Positions 26,953-32,000 of a stretch of DNA of 32,000 bases are shown here, piece by piece. The stretch lies in the NCBI RefSeq assembly GCF_000145295.1, contig NC_014408.1, forward strand, positions 360,001-392,000, written 5' to 3'. The notes under the pieces were generated by a model. The model was given only the letters and a program-made list of their open reading frames with translations, was not told the DNA's origin and made no database searches. A program made the position numbers and the translations under genes. Source of the stretch: Methanothermobacter marburgensis str. Marburg. GTDB lineage: Archaea > Methanobacteriota > Methanobacteria > Methanobacteriales > Methanothermobacteraceae. Position 1 is the stretch's first letter. Every line of letters starts with the position of its first letter.

Positions 26953-27792
26953 ATGATTGACATTCTCAGGGAAATGATCAGGGCAGACGTGGGGTTTGAG
27001 GATATAACAACCGAGGCAATTGTTGAAAGGGGCACAGTGGCAGTGGCGGATGTCATAGCCGGAGAGGAGGGCATAATTGCAGGTGTGGATGTGGCATGGC
27101 TCATAGCCGCGGAATTTGGAATCGAAATAGAAAGGCTGAAAATGGATGGTGATCCGGTTAAAGCCGGTGAAAGGGTTATAATCCTTGAGGGGGAAGCTTC
27201 AGATATCCTGAAGATCGAGAGGACAATGCTGAACCTCATGATGAGAATGAGTGGCATAGCCACCCTCACACGAAGCATGCTGGAGCGGGTGAGGGCAGTG
27301 AACCCTGATGTGAGGATAGCCGCCACCAGGAAGACAACTCCTGGACTGCAGTGGTTTGAAAAGCAGGCAGTTAAAGTTGGTGGTGGGGACACCCATCGCT
27401 TCAGGCTTGATGACTGTGCAATGATCAAGGACAACCACATAGCAATCGCTGGAAGTGTGGGGGACGCGGTGAGGCGGGTTAAGGAACATGTGAGTTTCAC
27501 AAAGAAGGTTGAGGTTGAGGTTGAAAGGCCAGGTGACGCTGTACTTGCAGCAGATGCAGGGGCCGACATCATCCTGCTTGATAATATGAACCCCGTGGAC
27601 GTCAGGAAAGCACTGGAAGAACTTGAAAGTGCCGGACTCCGGGACAGGGTGATTGTTGAGGCATCAGGGGGTATAAAACCTGAAAATGTAGATAAATATG
27701 CTTCCACTGGAGTTGATGTGATATCAATGGGGTTTATAACCACATCCGCCCATCCAGTTGACCTCAGCCTTGAGATAAGGGAACTGAAATGA
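26953..27792 (+). CDS. nadC: Nicotinate-nucleotide pyrophosphorylase (quinolinate phosphoribosyltransferase) NadC
   Basis: 'EDITTEA', 'ATRKTTPGLQ', 'GGGDTHRFRLDDCAMIKDNHI', 'IILLDNM' and 'EASGGI' match the NadC pattern. AGGGGA box upstream of the ATG. Confidence 0.9.
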   Translation: MIDILREMIRADVGFEDITTEAIVERGTVAVADVIAGEEGIIAGVDVAWLIAAEFGIEIERLKMDGDPVKAGERVIILEGEASDILKIERTMLNLMMRMSGIATLTRSMLERVRAVNPDVRIAATRKTTPGLQWFEKQAVKVGGGDTHRFRLDDCAMIKDNHIAIAGSVGDAVRRVKEHVSFTKKVEVEVERPGDAVLAADAGADIILLDNMNPVDVRKALEELESAGLRDRVIVEASGGIKPENVDKYASTGVDVISMGFITTSAHPVDLSLEIRELK

Positions 27793-27932
27793 CCTTTAAT
27801 TCTGGTAATCAGAACACTTAATTTAATTAAAGAGGGCCTATATTTTCTATTGTTATATTCGGTGTTTCTTTGATTATATGGAATACATTTATATACCTTG
27901 AGCCTGATATAGTCACATGGAGGTAGAAACCT

Positions 27933-28322
27933 ATGGAGAATGAAGAGATTCAGAATAACAATGCTGATATGGAAGCTGAAGAGGAAACCGAGGAATTACC
28001 CTTTGCCAAGGCAGAGGTTGTCAGGCTCATGAAACAGCACCTTGACAGTGACAAGATGATACGTGAAAGGGTCAAGGTTGAGATGAATAAGTTCCTCGGA
28101 GAAATCCTTGAGAAGGTATGCCAGCAGCTTAACCAGTACCCCTATGCCACAGTGGAATACGAGATGCTCAAGGAGTGCATATATCCCTACAAGAACATTG
28201 AAAGGATAAATCAGGAAAAGGAACGCCTCCTGGCACACCTTGAGGCAATAAAGGCCGACTGTGATGCAATGGGTATGGATATAAAACGCACACTCAAACT
28301 AAGGGATGTTGATGAGGACTAA
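27933..28322 (+). CDS. Hypothetical acidic protein with a histone-fold-like core and N- and C-terminal extensions
   Basis: Residues ~20-85 ('[61 protein letters not shown]') align by eye helix-for-helix with archaeal histone HMfB ('ELPIAPIGRIIKDAG..RVSDDARITLAKILEEMGRDIASEAIKLARHAGRKTIKAEDIELAV'). A strong TATA ('catTTATATAcc') and a GGAGGT box lie upstream. Confidence 0.45.
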   Translation: MENEEIQNNNADMEAEEETEELPFAKAEVVRLMKQHLDSDKMIRERVKVEMNKFLGEILEKVCQQLNQYPYATVEYEMLKECIYPYKNIERINQEKERLLAHLEAIKADCDAMGMDIKRTLKLRDVDED

Positions 28323-28909
28323 TCCTCCTCATCAATCTTATCTGACTCAAAAACCAAAAATCCCGTCTTGAGGGACTTTATTTCTTCATCTGAGAGCTTT
28401 TCCCTCACAGCACTGGGGTGGCCAACAAAACTCTGCCCGAATGGATCCTCAATTATAACTGTGACATTCCTTTTTCCCCCGCGAACTTCACGGAGCATTT
28501 CAAGGATCTCTGAGGCCTTTTCCTTTGATTCATCCTCCTCAAAGAGGTTGATGGCTGTTTTAACGGCGGTTTCAAATCTCTCAACAACACCCTCAATGTT
28601 GGAGATGTAACCTGTTGACCTGGGGCCAGGTTCAACTTTGAGTCCGAGTTCAGGTATCCTTATGGTTGCTGACTGGGACTTAACGACCCTTGCGTTGAGT
28701 GTTTTGTCACCCACCTCGATTGTGTACCTTGATGGTTCCTTCTGCTCAAGGCAGATTATATCTGTGCTTCTGTAGCCACACCTGCTGCAGATGAGTACGG
28801 ATTCCATTATCTCACCGAAGTAGGGGATCTTCTCAACCCTACTGATGGCGGTCATACACTTCTCTCCACTGCAGACTGGGCAGTCGATCTTCATATTCTG
28901 CTGGTTCAA
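28319..28909 (-). CDS. ZPR1-type zinc-finger protein
   Basis: 'CPVCSGE...(28 aa)...CSRCGY' C4 finger followed by the ZPR1 beta-helix region. The start is TTG 28909 (GGGGTGA box 4 nt upstream) or ATG 28894. Confidence 0.75.
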   Translation of the reverse strand: MNQQNMKIDCPVCSGEKCMTAISRVEKIPYFGEIMESVLICSRCGYRSTDIICLEQKEPSRYTIEVGDKTLNARVVKSQSATIRIPELGLKVEPGPRSTGYISNIEGVVERFETAVKTAINLFEEDESKEKASEILEMLREVRGGKRNVTVIIEDPFGQSFVGHPSAVREKLSDEEIKSLKTGFLVFESDKIDEED

Positions 28910-28975
28910 TCTGTCACCCCTGTACTCCTGATTACAGAACGCAAATTAAGTGAATGGATCATCAAATTTACACTG

Positions 28976-29041
28976 TGATATTCAGTTCTCTTCCTGGTAG
29001 ATAAGTCCTGATGTTCAGTTCTCTTCCCGGTAGATAAGTCC
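28976..29041. repeat. Tandem duplication, 33-bp unit x2 (28976-29008, 29009-29041; 2 mismatches)
   Basis: Read directly: 'tgat[a/g]ttcagttctcttcc[t/c]ggtagataagtcc'. Copy 2 contains the stop codon and last 9 codons of the 2-phosphoglycerate kinase gene. Copy 1 is a downstream near-identical echo. Confidence 0.9.
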
Positions 29042-29974
29042 CTTTTCCTCAAGTTCATCCAGTATTGCCTGAAGACTTTCGGGATCCGGTGCACATATCC
29101 TGTGGCTGTGGATGTTATCTGAAAGCGTGTAAAGCCTTTCAAGATCTCTTTTTCGTTTTGGACTTTCATTTAACCGCTTGAGAAACCTTTCAGCCTCAAC
29201 TGGATCGTATACGTTGACCTCACGTTTGAGTGGCTGTGAAAATCCAGGTATTGGATATGATACGTCAACGATTCTTCCGCCATGTCTCTTAATGATGATG
29301 TCTATAACCTCACCGAGGCGTTCAACAGGGTGCTGAAGCGTTACCTCGGCGCAGTTTTCCCTTATGAATGACAGCATCCTTTTGATGGTGCATTTTATGT
29401 CGTCGTTGTTGATCACCGGTACGTCATGCTCCCTTGCCTTTCTTACAAGGTAGTCATGGATGACACGGTTCTCACGGAAGTATTCAAGGTGTTTTCCACC
29501 CCTCTTTACCTCCATGGCCCTCTTAACGAAGCGTTCCTTATGGACATTCTCCTCGGCAGAGAGGACAAAAAAATGAATTGATGCGTTTTCCTCAAATTTT
29601 TCAATGTCCAGGAGGCCGGGAAGGAGGTGGACGCCCTCTATGGTCACATCATCAGAGTCAGCAACAGCCCTTTCAATAACCTTCTCAACTGCAGGAATAA
29701 CGAATGAGGCGTGTTCCTCAAAACCCGCACATATCAGTGACTCAATGTTGTTGTTGCGGAAGCGCTCTTTGTCCCTCAGTGTTGTGTAGGCATCAAATGA
29801 GGACTTATGGAGCGCGGGAGCATAATCTGGTCCTATTATGCCCCTTACGATCTCCCTTATGAAATCTGTTTCTATAAGGTGCTTTATGTTTAACTCCCTG
29901 GCAAGTTCCGATGCAACGGTGGACTTTCCAATTCCTGAAGCACTTCCTATAAGTATCACATAGGGTTTTCTCAA
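29015..29974 (-). CDS. 2-phosphoglycerate kinase (cyclic 2,3-diphosphoglycerate pathway)
   Basis: 319 aa with P-loop '[18 protein letters not shown]'. The overall pattern matches my memory of the archaeal 2PGK family (COG2074). TTG start 29974 follows a GGGGCGTGA box. Confidence 0.7.
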   Translation of the reverse strand: MRKPYVILIGSASGIGKSTVASELARELNIKHLIETDFIREIVRGIIGPDYAPALHKSSFDAYTTLRDKERFRNNNIESLICAGFEEHASFVIPAVEKVIERAVADSDDVTIEGVHLLPGLLDIEKFEENASIHFFVLSAEENVHKERFVKRAMEVKRGGKHLEYFRENRVIHDYLVRKAREHDVPVINNDDIKCTIKRMLSFIRENCAEVTLQHPVERLGEVIDIIIKRHGGRIVDVSYPIPGFSQPLKREVNVYDPVEAERFLKRLNESPKRKRDLERLYTLSDNIHSHRICAPDPESLQAILDELEEKGLIYREEN

Positions 29975-30002
29975 TTTTCACGCCCCATATTTAAAATAGA
30001 GG

Positions 30003-30350
30003 TTATGTAAGGAGATCCTTAACGCGTTCGGCACTTCTCCTCATCTCGATACGGATAAGACCAAGATTTATATCAACGTCGGTTATCAGTACAAGTATTC
30101 CCTCCCCGGCGTCTATCATGAGGGTCTTACCCCGGGTACCCTCAATCATAACCTGTTCAAGGGGCTCATGCTTTATTTCCTCGGCGGACCTTTCTGCAGT
30201 ACCGAAAACTGCTGAAGCCATTGCAGCGACCAGTTCCCCGTCTATGTCGGATGGAACCTCACTTTCGATTACAAGACCATCCTTACCAACAACGAGGGAA
30301 CCATTTACCCCATTGATCCTACCTAAATCTTTAAGTATTCTTGCTATCAT
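30003..30350 (-). CDS. Roadblock/LC7 (MglB-like) domain protein
   Basis: '[26 protein letters not shown]...[17 protein letters not shown]...' is the typical Roadblock pattern. A GGAGG box lies 6 nt before ATG 30350; the track ORF extends to 30383. Confidence 0.8.
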   Translation of the reverse strand: MIARILKDLGRINGVNGSLVVGKDGLVIESEVPSDIDGELVAAMASAVFGTAERSAEEIKHEPLEQVMIEGTRGKTLMIDAGEGILVLITDVDINLGLIRIEMRRSAERVKDLLT

Positions 30351-30478
30351 ACTATGCCTCCATAAACAGAGTATTCTACCCAAAATATATATGCTTTAAG
30401 CATTTATTAATTAAATGAGTATGACTAACTAATTAACAGTTTCTATTTGATTCCAGCAAGTATTAAAGGAGTGATTAT

Positions 30479-31531
30479 TTGCACATATTATCTTCTGTTG
30501 AGGAACTGAGGGAGCTGAATCCGTTTATAATCATTGGATGTGGCGGTGGAGGAGAAAAATTTGCAAATTTTGAGGGAGTCGAACCTGTCGGATTTGTTGA
30601 CGATGACCCCAGAAAACATGGAAAGGACTTCTGCGGATTTAAGGTATCATCAAGCCTCCTTAAGCTTATAGATGAGACCGATGCAAGAAGTGTTGCAATA
30701 ATGCTCCCCATAGGTGCAGAGGGCACCGCCCTCAAGTATGCTGTGCAGGCGATAAATGAGGGTAAAAATGTTGTGACCTCATTCAGATCACTCCCACTGG
30801 CAGATAACACTTCCCTCATAAAATTTGCAGAGCAGATGAATGTAACAATCAAGGAGATAAGCCCCCGCCTTGACAACGTAAGGAAAATATTCGGGGTTGC
30901 ACCCCCACGCTGCACAGAGGTACTCCCCAAGATAAAATACAGGCACAGGGCACCTGTGGTATTTGTTGGGGGCACCTCACAGGAGTGCGGCAAACGCACA
31001 ACCACAAGGCTTCTGGGAAAGGAGGCAAAGGAAAGGGGTCTTGAGGCGGGAGTTATCTCAACCGATGAGATGGGACTTGAACAGCCGGTTGACATAAATT
31101 TCCGGGCAGGGAGCCTCTCTGTTATGGACGTTGCAGCGGCTGTTATGGGTTCGGTGAAGTACCTTGAGGAGGAGAAGGATCCGGATATAATATTCATAGA
31201 GGGCCAGTCAAGCCTCACTGAAAGGAAAAACCCCCACCCGAGGGGTTTATCGGCCTCAATACTTATAGGGGCGATGCCCGACGTTACGGTGCTCTGTCAC
31301 AGGCCAAACCATCCCTACAGAAAACCAAGGGGGGTAAAGGAGGAGATAAGGGCCATAGAGGCAATCGAGCCAACGAGGGTTATAGGGATTTCCTTAAATT
31401 TAAGAAACATGAATGACAGATCAATAATGGAAAGGTATGAAGCACGGTTTGGGCTTCCTGTTGTTGATGTTAAGAATGGGGGGGCTTCAAGATTAATGGA
31501 TGTGATCATGGAGCACATAGGGGAGATTTAG
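30479..31531 (+). CDS. DUF1611-family protein (DgcN-like; Rossmann-like N-domain plus P-loop-like C-domain)
   Basis: '[16 protein letters not shown]' (GT..x..GK.TT) and 'IFIEGQSSL...HP' resemble the DUF1611 signatures as I remember them. TTG start preceded by AGGAGTGA. Confidence 0.55.
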   Translation: MHILSSVEELRELNPFIIIGCGGGGEKFANFEGVEPVGFVDDDPRKHGKDFCGFKVSSSLLKLIDETDARSVAIMLPIGAEGTALKYAVQAINEGKNVVTSFRSLPLADNTSLIKFAEQMNVTIKEISPRLDNVRKIFGVAPPRCTEVLPKIKYRHRAPVVFVGGTSQECGKRTTTRLLGKEAKERGLEAGVISTDEMGLEQPVDINFRAGSLSVMDVAAAVMGSVKYLEEEKDPDIIFIEGQSSLTERKNPHPRGLSASILIGAMPDVTVLCHRPNHPYRKPRGVKEEIRAIEAIEPTRVIGISLNLRNMNDRSIMERYEARFGLPVVDVKNGGASRLMDVIMEHIGEI

Positions 31532-31891
31532 TTGAGGGACATTCTCGAAATGCTGAAGAAAAGCGTGGGACTTGATGAGGAAGTTAAGGAACCTGAGGAG
31601 ACGGAAACCATAATAGTGCCGGAGCACTCCTTCTATGAGATCATTCTCCTGAAGGCAAAGTCCATTGGGGATGTGGACGATGCCCTCTCTCAGGTGACCG
31701 ATGAGAAGAATCCGGTTATACTTGATCTCACCGAGATCCAGAGAGATAATCCATCGGATTTCAAGACGGTGGGGGAACGCATAAAGGATCTCAGGGAGAA
31801 TCATGGTGCAGAGGCGATACTCCTCTGCAATAAGGAGAAGAATGTGGTGATAATAACTCCACGGGAAATTAAACTCATCAGAAAGGGGTAG
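31532..31891 (+). CDS. sepF: Cell-division protein SepF (archaeal FtsZ membrane anchor)
   Basis: 119 aa: a short N-terminal amphipathic segment ('[11 protein letters not shown]'), an acidic linker, then '[35 protein letters not shown]......[23 protein letters not shown]', the SepF/DUF552 core pattern. The start codon abuts the upstream stop. Confidence 0.7.
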   Translation: MRDILEMLKKSVGLDEEVKEPEETETIIVPEHSFYEIILLKAKSIGDVDDALSQVTDEKNPVILDLTEIQRDNPSDFKTVGERIKDLRENHGAEAILLCNKEKNVVIITPREIKLIRKG

Positions 31892-31909
31892 TGGACATAT
31901 GGAGCTTCC

Positions 31910-32000
31910 GATAACCAAACCATCCAAGATTTCCTACGGCGATGAGATAGATTTCAGTGAACTTCTTGAAAAACTTGCCTCAGATGAATACAATGGATTC
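31910..32000 (+). CDS. 5' end of an uncharacterised ORF that runs off the window
   Basis: ATG 31910 is preceded by a GGGGTAGTGGA box. The frame is open to the window end ('[34 protein letters not shown]'). Confidence 0.35.

Noticed and set aside
26940-27743. A 267-aa ORF antisense to nadC, covering almost the whole gene
   Set aside because: Its product is low-complexity and rich in S/T/A/P/I, with no RBS or promoter. It is the expected stop-free shadow frame opposite a strongly codon-biased gene, and the nadC sense frame has clear family motifs.
28906-29169. An 87-aa ORF crossing the 33-bp duplication
   Set aside because: It overlaps the 3' end of the 2PGK gene in another frame, and its internal repeat ('[21 protein letters not shown]') is just the duplicated DNA read out of frame.
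30475-31218. A 247-aa ORF antisense to the DUF1611-like gene
   Set aside because: Same reasoning: Ser/Thr/Pro-rich shadow frame, no translation signals, and the sense-strand protein has recognisable motifs and an AGGAGTGA RBS.
1-32000. Search by eye for tRNA/rRNA genes, IS elements, integrases, prophage or defence-island hallmarks
   Set aside because: None was recognised. All intergenic gaps are under 230 nt and are occupied by promoter or terminator-like sequence. No transposase, integrase, restriction-modification, toxin-antitoxin or cas-like ORFs appear in the six-frame track.

Overview
The window looks like a chromosomal segment of a thermophilic Methanobacteriales methanogen, probably Methanothermobacter. 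The evidence is roughly 50% GC, heavy AGG/ATA/CTC codon use, GGTGA/GGAGG ribosome-binding boxes, TTTATATA-type TATA boxes, 4-8 nt start/stop overlaps, and gene content (2-phosphoglycerate kinase, archaeal SepF, NucS/EndoMS, ZPR1, archaeal-type Lhr, a sortase homologue). About 38 tightly packed protein genes lie on both strands. I found no rRNA, tRNA, CRISPR array, transposase or integrase. Order of content: SAM methyltransferase; a minus-strand operon of MenA-like prenyltransferase, metallophosphoesterase and Lhr helicase; a HEAT-repeat protein; a carotenoid-type cluster (crtI-like, crtB-like, UbiA prenyltransferase, and a convergent CruF/DUF422-like membrane protein coupled to a nitrilase-family gene and mntP); HtrA protease with a MoxR ATPase and CoxE-type VWA pair; a low-GC orphan gene; nucS; an M48 protease; ferredoxin; a MetX-like hydrolase; a HIT protein; a ferritin-like protein; a DUF362 Fe-S protein; nadA; an rnz-mscS-sortase-Roadblock-fusion operon; nadC; a histone-fold-like protein; ZPR1; 2-phosphoglycerate kinase with a Roadblock protein; DUF1611-like; sepF. 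The observations most worth following up are: (1) a bacterioruberin-like carotenoid gene set in a strict anaerobe; (2) an archaeal sortase embedded in an odd operon with no visible substrate; (3) three genes (lhr, the nitrilase, the Roadblock fusion) each disrupted at a short homopolymer, where a single-base change restores the frame; (4) two separate tandem duplications (52 bp x3, 33 bp x2) that each re-copy a gene's stop codon and 3' end; (5) an acidic histone-fold variant; (6) a low-GC islet next to nucS. All functional calls come from motif recognition by eye; no database search was possible.
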